Of a stretch of DNA of 64,000 nucleotides, positions 1 to 10,005 are shown one piece after another (position 1 is the stretch's first letter; every line of letters begins with the position of its first letter). The notes under the pieces are model-generated. The model had not been told where the DNA came from. It was given only the letters and a program-made list of their open reading frames with translations, and ran no database searches. The stretch is from assembly GCA_965116885.1 (NCBI GenBank), contig OZ220741.1, positions 3,158,932 to 3,222,931 on the forward strand. The letters are read 5' to 3'. The stretch comes from Candidatus Latescibacterota bacterium (GTDB lineage Bacteria; Latescibacterota; UBA2968). The position numbers and the translations under genes were made by a program.

Positions 1-677
1 GCGATCTCAATGACCGCATAGATGTCGCGAAATCCGCTACGCGCCTGAGTGTCGTGACTAAGAATGCGTGGTCGCGAGATTTGCGTGAACTCGATAAGCG
101 CGCACAGGTCTGGCTCCAGGCGAATGCACCCGCTTTTGCCAATGAAGCATCGGGTTTGAGCATTGTCTTTGCCCACTTATCTCTACGAAATATCAATAGC
201 ATGTTGCGCGGTACGATCACTGCGATGGCACTTATTTCGTTCATCCTGATCTGGATTTTCAAGAGTGTTCGGGTCGGTCTGCTCAGCTTGTTGCCCAATT
301 TTATCCCCGCAATTATGAGCTTCGGTCTGTGGGGCTATCTCGTCGGTCATGTGGGCATTGCATCTTCGGTGGTGATCGCCGTTGTTTTTGGAATTGTCGT
401 GGATGATACGATTCATTTTTTGAGCAAATATTTGAAGGCCCGGCGCGATGGCCTTCCCGCACCCGAGGCCGTGCGCTATACTTTTAACACGGTGGGCCAT
501 GCGTTATGGACGACGACCGCAGTGTTGTCAGTGGGCTTTCTGGTGTTCGCCACATCGGGATTTGAGGTTAGTTGGGCACTCGGCCTTTTGGTCACGGTTA
601 CGATTGTCTTCGCGCTTGTTGCCGACTTTTTACTTTTGCCAACTCTGCTGATTGCTATTGATCGGAGAAATTCATGA
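1..677 (+). CDS. RND-superfamily exporter (MMPL/HpnN-like), C-terminal part; gene starts upstream of window
   Basis: Frame is open to position 1 and the ORF-track start at 54 is an internal GTG. The product is hydrophobic multi-TM with a GIVVDDTIHF-type motif typical of the RND/MMPL transmembrane domain. Its stop overlaps the next gene's start. Confidence 0.6.
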   Translation, partial: DLNDRIDVAKSATRLSVVTKNAWSRDLRELDKRAQVWLQANAPAFANEASGLSIVFAHLSLRNINSMLRGTITAMALISFILIWIFKSVRVGLLSLLPNFIPAIMSFGLWGYLVGHVGIASSVVIAVVFGIVVDDTIHFLSKYLKARRDGLPAPEAVRYTFNTVGHALWTTTAVLSVGFLVFATSGFEVSWALGLLVTVTIVFALVADFLLLPTLLIAIDRRNS

Positions 678-1483
678 TACCAATACGACCAATACACCTG
701 TTTTTCGCGTTTTGTCCAATTATTTTGTTTTGTCTCGGCGTGTCATCACCCGCTCGTTCCGAAACCGCAGAGGAAACCGGGTTGAAAATCGCTCAGGATT
801 CCCAGGATCGCGAGAAGGGTTTTGGTAATTTTACAGCCCAACAAACCATGGTGTTGCGCAACAAACACGGGCAAGAGAGCCGTCGCCAACTCCGGGTAAA
901 GGTTCTCGAGGTCTCCGAAGATGGCGACAAGAGCCTGTTTGTGTTCGATGAACCGCGCGATGTCAAGGGAACGGCGTTGCTTATTCACGCGCATAGGGAA
1001 AGCGCGGACGACCAATGGCTTTATTTGCCTGCTCTGAAACGCGTCAAGCGCATTAGTTCGTCCAACCAGTCCGGCTCTTTTATGGGAAGTGAATTTGCTT
1101 ATGAGGACCTGACCCCTCAGGCTGTGGAGAAATTTACCTATCGTTACCTGCGCGACGAGGCATATAGCGATTTGACATGCACGGTCTCAGAACGCTTTCC
1201 CGTGGATAAGAAATCGGGCTATAGCCGCCAGGTGGTCTGGAGGGATAAGGACGAACTTCGCGTCTGGAAAGTGGAGTATTACGATCGCAAGAATTCACAT
1301 CTGAAGACGCTTACTCTGGAGAATTACGCGCAGTATCTGGATCGTTACTGGCGCGCTGGGGAGATGACGATGGTCAATCATTTAACCGGGAAAAGTACGG
1401 TTCTGACCTGGACGGATTTTGAGTTTCAGACAGACCTCAATGATCGTGATTTCACACAAACTGGGCTGAAACGGGTGCGTTGA
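674..1483 (+). CDS. LolA-like outer-membrane lipoprotein-sorting family protein (RND-exporter accessory)
   Basis: 269 aa with an N-terminal signal peptide and LolA-like composition. It is translationally coupled to the flanking genes (ATGA overlap at 1480-1483), and this family is frequently encoded next to MMPL-type RND exporters. Confidence 0.45.
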   Translation: MIPIRPIHLFFAFCPIILFCLGVSSPARSETAEETGLKIAQDSQDREKGFGNFTAQQTMVLRNKHGQESRRQLRVKVLEVSEDGDKSLFVFDEPRDVKGTALLIHAHRESADDQWLYLPALKRVKRISSSNQSGSFMGSEFAYEDLTPQAVEKFTYRYLRDEAYSDLTCTVSERFPVDKKSGYSRQVVWRDKDELRVWKVEYYDRKNSHLKTLTLENYAQYLDRYWRAGEMTMVNHLTGKSTVLTWTDFEFQTDLNDRDFTQTGLKRVR

Positions 1484-2751
1484 TGTTACGTCGTACCGCT
1501 CTTCATATTTTAACTTTCGACGCTGTCTGGATTTTGTCCCTGGTCTTTGCCATTAGCGCAGGTGCCGAAATTGGGATTGACCGCGATTTTTCCGGGCGCG
1601 TGAATATCGAAAGCCGATGGTTTCCCCAAGCCGGTGCCTTTTCCGGCCAGGGGGCTCATGCCATCGGTTTTTTTGTGGAACCCAAACTCTATCTTGCAGA
1701 CGCTAAGGGTCGAAGCCTCACGCTATCGCCGTTCTTTCGCTACGACAATGCGGACTCACGCCGCACCCATGCCGATCTGCGCGAAGCCTATTTTCTGATA
1801 TTCGGCGAGATCGGCGATGGTGAATGGGAGTTGCGCGTGGGTATTGACCAGGTTTTCTGGGGCGTTACGGAATCGCAACATCTGGTCGATATTGTCAATC
1901 AGATCGATCTGGTTGAACATCCAAATGGAGAGACAAAGCTGGGACAACCGATGGTGAATATCACCTATTCCAGCGATTGGGGGATAGTGGAGTTTTTTGT
2001 TTTGCCGTATCACCGGGTGCGCACGTTTCCGGGGCAATCTGGCCGCCTGCGCCTTCCGCTCGTGGTGGAAGATGAGCAGGTCGAGTACGAGAGCGAAGGG
2101 GGGGAGTGGCATCTGGATTTCGCAGCCCGGTACAGTCAAAGTTTTGGGGTTGTCGATGTTGGCCTGAGTGTGTTCAACGGTACCAGCCGGGAGCCTTTTC
2201 TAATGCCGGGTTCGGACCGTAGTGGTGCGCCGGTATTGGTTCAGCACTACGATCAGATCCGTCAGTTTGGGCTGGATGCGCAACTCACTGTTGGCTCGTG
2301 GTTGTTCAAGCTCGAGGCTATTCAGCGTGCTGGTGCTCGCAATCTGCTCGGGATAAAAGAAGATTATGTGGCTTCCGTTTTTGGCGGCGAATACGCGTTT
2401 TATTCCGTCTTTGGCTCTGCAGTTGATGTCAGCTTGCTCGGCGAATGGAATTACGATGGGCGAGGGCGAAATGCGACGCCGAGTCGCTCGCCCAATACGC
2501 TCGAAAACGACTTCTTTTTTGCTACGCGCCTCGCGTTCAACGATGTTCAGAGTACTGAAATTGTCGCCAGTATTCTGGGAGATGTAGATCGCGCGACACG
2601 CGCACTATCTATGGAATTGGATCGACGCATCTCAGATCTGTTGTCTTTAAACCTGGAGGCGATTCACCTTCTCAGTATTGATAAAGCGGATATCCACTAC
2701 GATACGCGGCGCGATAGTTTTATTGATCTGAGGCTGATTTACCATTTTTAG
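1480..2751 (+). CDS. Predicted outer-membrane beta-barrel/porin-like hypothetical protein (third gene of the RND exporter module)
   Basis: 423 aa with a signal peptide, alternating amphipathic beta-strand-like segments and an aromatic C-terminus (…IYHF). It is coupled to the upstream gene. Confidence 0.35.
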   Translation: MMLRRTALHILTFDAVWILSLVFAISAGAEIGIDRDFSGRVNIESRWFPQAGAFSGQGAHAIGFFVEPKLYLADAKGRSLTLSPFFRYDNADSRRTHADLREAYFLIFGEIGDGEWELRVGIDQVFWGVTESQHLVDIVNQIDLVEHPNGETKLGQPMVNITYSSDWGIVEFFVLPYHRVRTFPGQSGRLRLPLVVEDEQVEYESEGGEWHLDFAARYSQSFGVVDVGLSVFNGTSREPFLMPGSDRSGAPVLVQHYDQIRQFGLDAQLTVGSWLFKLEAIQRAGARNLLGIKEDYVASVFGGEYAFYSVFGSAVDVSLLGEWNYDGRGRNATPSRSPNTLENDFFFATRLAFNDVQSTEIVASILGDVDRATRALSMELDRRISDLLSLNLEAIHLLSIDKADIHYDTRRDSFIDLRLIYHF

Positions 2752-2752
2752 T

Positions 2753-2862
2753 TATTGCACAATCTCTAATTAAAAAACAACCCCACCCGGAATACCCTGG
2801 CGGGGTTGTTTGGTTGTATGAAGAAGCGATCACATTACCACAGGTGACATACCCGGTTCGCC
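2753..2862. repeat. Repeat copy A: ~110-bp element with a GC-rich hairpin (caaccccacc…ggcggggttg) flanked by an A-tract and a T-tract, so a bidirectional intrinsic terminator, plus a conserved 3' segment caccacaggtgacatacccggttcgcc
   Basis: It aligns at about 85% identity in the same orientation with 10203..10317. It sits between convergent gene ends (stop at 2751 on plus, stop at 2920 on minus). Confidence 0.6.
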
Positions 2863-2919
2863 TTGTGAACTGCACGCATACGCCGAACGAATTGGTAGTC
2901 CTTCGGTCTAAGACGCACT

Positions 2920-4347
2920 TTACGCGTGACGCTTTGACACGGTCATGGGAACGGGAGCTTTCACCATGGAAAGCAGGAAGAGAGCGCTGACCCGTTCCTT
3001 GAGCGGACCGGGAGAGACAGTATCAAGTCGCAACCGCTGGGCGGTGCTCGCCAAAAAATAAACGCAGACGCGCATGGCAAATTCCCTTCCTGTACATTGG
3101 CGGGTATCATAACCGAACGGCATGTAGGCACACGGAGGGCGCTCCGGCTGTGGGTCCTTCAGCCAGCGCTCTGGCCGAAATTCTTCGGGTTGATCCCAAT
3201 ATTGCGGGTTCCGATTGTGGGCGTCTATAACGCTCAACACCATCGTCCCTTTGGGAATACTATAGCCACCGAGATCATAATCCTGCCTTGTGACCCGGTT
3301 CAGCACAGGTGCGGGAGCCCCAAGTCGCAGAGTCTCTGACATAATGGCCCTGGTATAGGAGAGCTTATCATAATCTTCGACCATGATCTGACGATCACCC
3401 AGGACATCATCGACCTCCTCTTCCAAACGCCTGCGCACTTCGGGATAATAGGCGATGTGGCCCACCGCCTTCGTGAGCGCAATCAGCGTTGGATCGATCG
3501 GAATCGTGATGTTTTCGACCAGCAGATCGTGAACCTCAAGGTCGCTGAGAAGTCCCTCTCCATCCTCCCTGGTATTCGCATCTATCAGACGCGAAGCCAT
3601 GCTGTAGGGGGCATGGGACCCATTGCGGACTTGTTCGATGGTCTTGTAGATCAAGGCACTCAATTCCCAGAACGATTTTTTGGAACTTCTGCTCCTTGGC
3701 AGGGGGAACTTTCTAAGCAGCGATGTGCCCGGAAGAGCGCAGAGTATCATGTCCTGCTTGTATCCCTCCATCGCATCCACGACGACGCTCGGCCGGATAG
3801 CGTCGAGTGCGTTTCCGAGATTCATGCGAATAACGCAATGCGCCTGGAGATCTCTCAATTCCTTCCAGAGGTGAATCATCTGGCCAGGCTTCCAGCGTGC
3901 GTGCAGTGCCTGGATATTCTCAATGATTCGCGCTGAATGTGCCTCCAGGAACTTACGGTCCAGGAGCCCTGGCCCCATCAGTTTGAGCGACCTTTCGTAA
4001 AACGCATCATCGCTCCCGTTCAGGCCCAAAGTACATTCGACAAAAAGACTCTTCTTTTCCGGGTTCATGTAGTCTATCGGGTTGAACTTGCGAAACGCCT
4101 GTACGGGTGGACCGTCTGGATTGTCTGGATCAGGGATTTTTGCTGTTAAAACTTCGTGTATGAGATCCAGATCATACACGATGCAGTAATTCAGGACCGG
4201 CATCTTGTAGTAGCTGATGTCACCGTATTTCTCGCGAAGCTCTTTCAGAAAACGGGAAAAATCCGACATATGTTTTATCAGATTGTACAGCTTGGGTCCC
4301 CTGGGACCGGGAGGCAATTTTGGGCTTTTTTTGATTGACTTTCGCAT
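2920..4347 (-). CDS. Cytochrome P450 monooxygenase
   Basis: The heme-binding signature PFGYDTRQCTG (FxxGxRxCxG) is present with the cysteine ligand. An N-terminal proline-rich PPGPRGP hinge is present. An SD sequence GAGGAGG lies 8 nt upstream of the ATG. Confidence 0.85.
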   Translation of the reverse strand: MRKSIKKSPKLPPGPRGPKLYNLIKHMSDFSRFLKELREKYGDISYYKMPVLNYCIVYDLDLIHEVLTAKIPDPDNPDGPPVQAFRKFNPIDYMNPEKKSLFVECTLGLNGSDDAFYERSLKLMGPGLLDRKFLEAHSARIIENIQALHARWKPGQMIHLWKELRDLQAHCVIRMNLGNALDAIRPSVVVDAMEGYKQDMILCALPGTSLLRKFPLPRSRSSKKSFWELSALIYKTIEQVRNGSHAPYSMASRLIDANTREDGEGLLSDLEVHDLLVENITIPIDPTLIALTKAVGHIAYYPEVRRRLEEEVDDVLGDRQIMVEDYDKLSYTRAIMSETLRLGAPAPVLNRVTRQDYDLGGYSIPKGTMVLSVIDAHNRNPQYWDQPEEFRPERWLKDPQPERPPCAYMPFGYDTRQCTGREFAMRVCVYFLASTAQRLRLDTVSPGPLKERVSALFLLSMVKAPVPMTVSKRHA

Positions 4348-4395
4348 ACGTCAATCCTCCTCATTTAGATCTATGTCATAGCAATTCAAAAGCTA

Positions 4396-7300
4396 TTAGA
4401 TTTGTGTCGCGTTTGCGCCGGGATGCCCGTTTTTTCGTTCCGAAAAATGGAAATACACCGTGGCCAGTGCGGGCACGATCATCATCAGAATCGCCGTTGC
4501 AAAGACGATTCCAAATCCCACTGACACGCCTAACGGGATTAAAAACTGCGCCTGAATACTTTGCTCGAGGATGAGTGGCGTGAAGCCGAGGAAGGTGGTC
4601 GCCGAGGTCACAAAAATCGGGCGAAAGCGCTCTTTGGCACCATTGATGATCGCATCTTGTATTGATACTTCCTCCTTCAACCGCTCGTTGATGAAATCGA
4701 TCATCACGAGAGAATCATTCACGACGACTCCGCTGAGTCCGATGATTCCCCACATGGACGTAATGCTCAAATCAAGCCCCATGATCAGGTGGCCCAGGAT
4801 GGCGCCGACGAGCCCGAAGGGGATGACGGCCATGATGATGAGGGGTTTGGTGTAGGAACCAAGAGGAATCGCCAGCAACGCATATATCACCAGCAAAGCA
4901 AGGACCAGGCCGCGCCCGAGTGCGTCGAAGGATTCGAGTTGTTGCTGCTGCTCGCCTCCGAACGTATAGGTGAGGCCCGGGTGAATGTTCGCGAGATCAG
5001 GGAGGATCGTACTTGTGAGGATGTTGGTCACCTCCTCCCCCGTGATCACGGCAGGATCTACATCTGCAGTGACGATGACAACGCGCTGGCCGTTTTTCCG
5101 CCGAATTGACGAGGGTGAATCGCTCAAATTTACGGAAGCAACACGGCTCAGAGGCACTTCGGCTCCGGCCGGTGTACGGATCAGATAGCCCTCGACATCA
5201 GCGATTGCGTCTCGTTCCACCGCGGGAAGGCGCACGTACACACGCACATCTTCCTTGCCCCGTTGCACTCGAAGTGCTTCGTTGCCGAAGAACGCAGATC
5301 GCACCTGCCGGGCCAGTCCATCGAGCGTGAGACCGAGCGTTCGTGCTTCTGGCCGCAACTCAAGCTGGATCTCCTGAAGGCCAGCGGCATGATCCGATTG
5401 AACATCGAAGACCCCCTGGAACCCGAGGAGACTTTCCACCACCGCGTCACCGATTGAACCGAGACGATCGGGGTCCGGATGGGAAAGCTCGATCTGGACA
5501 GAAGAGCCTAAGTCGATCAGATCTGCGGAGAACGTGAGGCTGCGAGCTACTGGTACAATGCCGACCTCTTCCCGCCATGCCTGTAGAAAGTCGCCCGAGG
5601 TAATATCCCTCCGCTCAGTTGGCTGCAGCTTGAACTCCACAGCGGCGATATGGGCCTGCGGCTTCAGGCTGGGTTCCTGTGCGATGCCTCCTCCGACCAT
5701 CTGAGGTCTTGCGCCGACGGTCAAGTTCACCCCGACCACCAGCGGCTCGACATTCTCGGGCTGTCCTGCAGACAGCCGATTGATGGCCCGATGTCCCGCA
5801 GCTTCGATTTCCCTGGCCAGTCCGCCAGTCCGCTGAGCTAGCGTTCCTTCCGGCATTTCGAGGTTGGCCGTCACGATGTCGGCCTCAACAGGTTCGTTCA
5901 AGATCATTCCAATGATTCCCGCGGGGATCAGGGCGACGCAGAGAATGATCATTCCTACGCCACTTGCGATCACCACGGCAGGTTGGCCTGTAGCCAGCCG
6001 TAGTATCCGGTCCAGGGGGCCTGCCACGAAGCGCTTCAACTCCCTATCCACGCGGTATTGGATGCGAGAGAAGAAGCGATCGAAGGGGTTGTTCGGTTTC
6101 CACTCAGGACCTGGCAAGTGGGACAAGTGATTTGGCAAGATCAACAGTGATTCCATCAGGGAAATCAAGAGTACGGTGATCAAGATCACCGGAACCGGAC
6201 CCATCATACGTCCGATTGGCCCGGGTAGGAAAAGGAGAGGTGTGAAAGCAGCCACTGTCGTGAGGACTGCGAAGATCACAGGTCCCTTGATCCGTTGGGT
6301 ACCGCGGATCGCCGCGAGGACCCCTGCCGTGCCCTTCTGCCGTTCGGCATGGATATACTCGGCCACGACGATGGCGTCATCCACCACGATGCCAACTGCG
6401 AGAATGAAAGCGAATAGGGAGATCGTGTTGATGGAGACATTGAGGATCAGCATGACTGCCAACGCGCCAACAAAGGAAATGCCAATTCCGGCGGCGACCC
6501 ACAGGGCAAGCCGAATTTGTAGAAAGAGGGTTAGAGATACGAGGACAAGCATCAGCCCCAGAAAGCCGTTTTTGAGGAGCAGGTTGAGTCGGTCCTCGTA
6601 GATATCCGCGTCGTTATTCCAGATCTCTATCGTTACACCAGTGGGAAGCGAGGGGATCACGTACAGGTGCAAGTGTTCTTCTATGGCCTCCACGACATCC
6701 AGCACTTGTTCCCCTTCGGACCGGTACACCTCCACGAACGCGGCTCGCTGCCCGTTGTAGCGGGTGATCATATCTATATCCTGGAAGCCATCGCGCACTT
6801 TGGCGATGTCGCCCAGACGAACCAGCGTACCGTCATCCCGGCTCAAGACTACGATATCCTCAAAATCCTGCTGGTCATAGTTCCGGCCCGTAGTTCGGAC
6901 CCGCACTTCTGCATCCCTCGTCTCGATTCTGCCGGCTGATAGCTCAAGGGATTCGTTGCGAACTTCCCGCGAAATGTCCTCAAGGGTCAGTCTCAGAGCC
7001 TGCAGCCGGCGGAGAGGCACTTCGATCGAGATCTCGTAGTTGCGTACGCCACTCGTCTCGACATAAGAGACCTCGGAAAGGGAGGAGAATTCGTCCTCAA
7101 TTCGGTGGGCCAGTTCCTTGAGCGTGCGCTCGGATACGTCCCCGTAAAGAACCAGACGCATCACGCTCTGGCGATTAGTCATCTGTCTGATTTCTGGGCG
7201 CTCGGCCCCGATGGGAAAGGTCTGGATTCGGCTGATCGCAGACTCAATATCGTCCAGTGCACGGCTGATGTTTGTGCCGATCTTCAATTCTGCCATGACG

Positions 7301-7602
7301 GATGCGTAGCCCTCCGTCGCGATAGCCGTGACCTCTTTCACTTCTTCAAGTGTTTCGACATGTTCCTCGATCTTGAGGACAATCGACTCTTCCACTTCAT
7401 CCGGGGTGGCGCCGGGGTAGGGCACCGATATCTCGATGTGGTCGAAAGAAAGCACTGGGAACGCTTCCTGCACCAGGCTATTCATCGAGATGAGTCCCGC
7501 CACCAGTATAAAGACCATCAGAAGATTGGCGGCGACGCCGTTCCTGACCATATAAGCTATGAGACCGCGCTGTTCTTGAGCGGAAATGTCGTCCTGGCTC
7601 AC
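4396..7602 (-). CDS. RND multidrug/hydrophobic-compound efflux permease (HAE1, AcrB/AcrD/AcrF family)
   Basis: 1068 aa with 12-TM architecture, two large periplasmic loops and characteristic AcrB-family sequence throughout. Its start overlaps the MFP stop (ATGA). Confidence 0.9.
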   Translation of the reverse strand: MSQDDISAQEQRGLIAYMVRNGVAANLLMVFILVAGLISMNSLVQEAFPVLSFDHIEISVPYPGATPDEVEESIVLKIEEHVETLEEVKEVTAIATEGYASVMAELKIGTNISRALDDIESAISRIQTFPIGAERPEIRQMTNRQSVMRLVLYGDVSERTLKELAHRIEDEFSSLSEVSYVETSGVRNYEISIEVPLRRLQALRLTLEDISREVRNESLELSAGRIETRDAEVRVRTTGRNYDQQDFEDIVVLSRDDGTLVRLGDIAKVRDGFQDIDMITRYNGQRAAFVEVYRSEGEQVLDVVEAIEEHLHLYVIPSLPTGVTIEIWNNDADIYEDRLNLLLKNGFLGLMLVLVSLTLFLQIRLALWVAAGIGISFVGALAVMLILNVSINTISLFAFILAVGIVVDDAIVVAEYIHAERQKGTAGVLAAIRGTQRIKGPVIFAVLTTVAAFTPLLFLPGPIGRMMGPVPVILITVLLISLMESLLILPNHLSHLPGPEWKPNNPFDRFFSRIQYRVDRELKRFVAGPLDRILRLATGQPAVVIASGVGMIILCVALIPAGIIGMILNEPVEADIVTANLEMPEGTLAQRTGGLAREIEAAGHRAINRLSAGQPENVEPLVVGVNLTVGARPQMVGGGIAQEPSLKPQAHIAAVEFKLQPTERRDITSGDFLQAWREEVGIVPVARSLTFSADLIDLGSSVQIELSHPDPDRLGSIGDAVVESLLGFQGVFDVQSDHAAGLQEIQLELRPEARTLGLTLDGLARQVRSAFFGNEALRVQRGKEDVRVYVRLPAVERDAIADVEGYLIRTPAGAEVPLSRVASVNLSDSPSSIRRKNGQRVVIVTADVDPAVITGEEVTNILTSTILPDLANIHPGLTYTFGGEQQQQLESFDALGRGLVLALLVIYALLAIPLGSYTKPLIIMAVIPFGLVGAILGHLIMGLDLSITSMWGIIGLSGVVVNDSLVMIDFINERLKEEVSIQDAIINGAKERFRPIFVTSATTFLGFTPLILEQSIQAQFLIPLGVSVGFGIVFATAILMMIVPALATVYFHFSERKNGHPGANATQI

Positions 7603-8792
7603 GGATCTCCTCCATCCGCAATTCGCACCGACATGCCTTCCGTGGCGATCTGAATCCCACCCACGACGACAGGTTGGCCCGCTTCGAGTGCTCCGATCAC
7701 GAATACCTCATCGCCGGAACGTTGTAGGATGCGTACCGGGACTATAGTCACAGTGCTATTGCGTATCGCCCAGACTTCGTTGCCAGTCCTGAGCGCCGGG
7801 GGAGGCACTCTGTAATACCTATCTGGAGCGATTCCCTGAATTTGCACTTCCACGAACTTACCCACGAGAAGAGGCGGGACAGAACCCATGTCTGCCGCCT
7901 CGACCTGGGTCCCGCTCGTGAAAGGATCCGGAACGCGCACGATTACGTCGATGGTCCGCGTCTGTTTGTCCAGGGATGCCTCCGCCCGATCCACATAGCC
8001 TTTCCAGGCGTAGCTTCTATTACCGTATTCAGCTATGACACGAGCCTTGACCCGCCTATCTCCGTCGCCCGCTTCCAGCTTCCAAAGGTCGGGAATAAGG
8101 GCCGTATTGGCATCGGAGAGGGGAACCACCACCTCTACTGTATTGGTCGCATAAAGTCGCCCTACACTCTGACCGGCTACCACAAACTGCCCCATATCTA
8201 TCGATTCTGCCTGCACGACACCTCTGAAAGGCGCGCGGACTTTTGTGCGTGCCAAAGCCAACTCGGCATCGGCGAGCACAGCACTATCTCTCGCCACTGC
8301 GGCTCGGGCTGCCTCGAGCTGAGGCTCCCATAATGCAAGGGGATTGGCCTTGGCTATATCCGTTTGGCTGCGTCTGAATTGGGCGTACTCAGCGCGTGCG
8401 ATCTGGGCTTCTTCATTCGTCCGGAGGAGTGCGACATGCTGTGCGACCACGTTGGCGCGGGCTTGCTTTACTCTGTTGCGGTAGTCGGCGTCATTGATGC
8501 GAAAGAGAATTTGTCCCTTGCGGACTCGTCCACCGCTCTGAAAGGTAGGAGCGACCCAGATAATCTTACCGTTGATTTCGGCGGCGACATCTATCTCTGC
8601 GACGGGCCGAACCGTTCCTGCCCCGTACACAGGGATGGCACCGGTACCGGCTATTACGGGAGTTGTGACTGCGAAGGGAATTTGGGAGGGAAGAGGCCGG
8701 AGTTCTGGCTCGGGCCTTAACCAGACCATAAACCCGGCAAAAAACAGGGATATGAGGAGGATAGCACCGGCCGGGAACAAGCGTCGATTCAT
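7599..8792 (-). CDS. RND efflux periplasmic adaptor subunit (MFP/HlyD family)
   Basis: 397 aa with a single N-terminal TM anchor, a coiled-coil hairpin region and beta-barrel/lipoyl-like segments. It is translationally coupled to the RND pump. Confidence 0.8.
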   Translation of the reverse strand: MNRRLFPAGAILLISLFFAGFMVWLRPEPELRPLPSQIPFAVTTPVIAGTGAIPVYGAGTVRPVAEIDVAAEINGKIIWVAPTFQSGGRVRKGQILFRINDADYRNRVKQARANVVAQHVALLRTNEEAQIARAEYAQFRRSQTDIAKANPLALWEPQLEAARAAVARDSAVLADAELALARTKVRAPFRGVVQAESIDMGQFVVAGQSVGRLYATNTVEVVVPLSDANTALIPDLWKLEAGDGDRRVKARVIAEYGNRSYAWKGYVDRAEASLDKQTRTIDVIVRVPDPFTSGTQVEAADMGSVPPLLVGKFVEVQIQGIAPDRYYRVPPPALRTGNEVWAIRNSTVTIVPVRILQRSGDEVFVIGALEAGQPVVVGGIQIATEGMSVRIADGGDP

Positions 8793-8826
8793 CTCTTATC
8801 TCTCTTGGCTCATAGCGGTCGATGGG

Positions 8827-10005
8827 CTACCATTCTTGCGTTTCATCTTCGTCGTGGAGTGCCGTCGGTAGCTTGTATGAAATTTCATACTTGCCCAAAT
8901 TCGACGTTTTCAGGATGATGTCGAAATGGGTGAAATCATGATGGTGAAACCAGCGCAGGTATAGCTTCTGAAGTACCCGCTCTACACGGTACTTTAATCG
9001 CATAAACGGAAGTATCCGAATTCGTTTCCCAGCTGGGAACCTGAATAAATCGGCCATATAGTTGCCGATTAACTCCCGGGATACTTGATAAAACGACTCT
9101 GCTTTCGCGCCGCGCTCCCTGGGTTCAGTGAATCCCAATACGATGGGTGCACTATTGATAATGCTATTTGCCATGATGATTTCATCGTCCTCCGGCAGAG
9201 GTTCGCATAATACTCCGATCACAAACGCTCGGCAGGCCGATGCTTCGTCGTGGAACATGATTGCATCGGGTATCCCCATGACCAACCCGGCATATCTCCA
9301 GACGTGAACGTAGGCTTCGCGTTCCTTTGCATTGAAGTCGCCGCCAAGGCGTTCGACGTGCTGCATGAGACGTCCGGAGAAGGCTGCGGCCCCGAGCAAC
9401 ATATGCGCTGCACTGAGCGGCATTCCATACGTTGTCTCGTCCCATTCATCCGAGTCCTTAATCAGCCTTCTCGACTGTGCATGCACAAGGCGGATTCGAA
9501 GATTCAGTTTCCAACCATCGCCTCCGGGATACAGTCCACCAGGTATAAACTGTTCCAATAGATGCAGGTTATTTTGCTTGAGCCGGCGAACGCCGTGTCC
9601 GATGATTCGGCCCCTGATGAGAAACGACTTGCTGATTAACGTGGAAAAACCCTCTACGATGGCACCGGTTGCCAGGCCTGCCAGAATTATTTCCGGGTTG
9701 CGAAGAAATGCCTCAGTGGCTATCAGGGCAATGTCTTGATCAAACCAGTCTGGGATGACTGCCGCCTCGGCGATGAGCGTTCTCAGAGATTCGGGCGTGT
9801 TTTTCGGCAGATTTTCATGATTATTAAGTGCCGCGCTTATGATCCTGTTTATTTGTTCAGGGGGGGTACTCTCCACTAGTTCCTCAACCACCCGATCCGC
9901 CAAAGGATCCCCGACAGTCGTATGGCGGATATAGGCCTCCGCGAACTCGGGATCTCTACGCCGGGCCGCATTGTATCCATTGACATAAGATGCTGGAATT
10001 TCCAT
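8827..10005 (-). CDS. Hypothetical soluble protein; possibly a DUF2236/MpaB-like (heme oxygenase-type) protein, a low-confidence assignment
   Basis: 392 aa, no TM or signal, and first gene of the minus-strand operon, 34 bp upstream of the MFP. The family call rests only on length, composition and conserved His/Arg positions and is not verified. Confidence 0.3.
   Translation of the reverse strand: MEIPASYVNGYNAARRRDPEFAEAYIRHTTVGDPLADRVVEELVESTPPEQINRIISAALNNHENLPKNTPESLRTLIAEAAVIPDWFDQDIALIATEAFLRNPEIILAGLATGAIVEGFSTLISKSFLIRGRIIGHGVRRLKQNNLHLLEQFIPGGLYPGGDGWKLNLRIRLVHAQSRRLIKDSDEWDETTYGMPLSAAHMLLGAAAFSGRLMQHVERLGGDFNAKEREAYVHVWRYAGLVMGIPDAIMFHDEASACRAFVIGVLCEPLPEDDEIIMANSIINSAPIVLGFTEPRERGAKAESFYQVSRELIGNYMADLFRFPAGKRIRILPFMRLKYRVERVLQKLYLRWFHHHDFTHFDIILKTSNLGKYEISYKLPTALHDEDETQEW

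Noticed and set aside
2838-2862. GGTTCG-containing segment of the repeat element considered as a possible tRNA fragment/att core
   Set aside because: No acceptor, anticodon or T-arm geometry can be drawn. The GTCACC-ACAG-GGTGAC hairpin has a 3-4-nt loop rather than a 7-nt anticodon loop, so the resemblance to a T-loop is superficial.
4571-7653. Numerous 60-180-aa plus-strand ORFs (for example 4789..5109, 6176..6601, 7105..7653) inside the RND pump gene
   Set aside because: They are antisense or alternate-frame overlaps of a strongly supported 1068-aa AcrB-family CDS. Their Arg/Pro/Ser-rich low-complexity translations are typical of GC-biased shadow ORFs.
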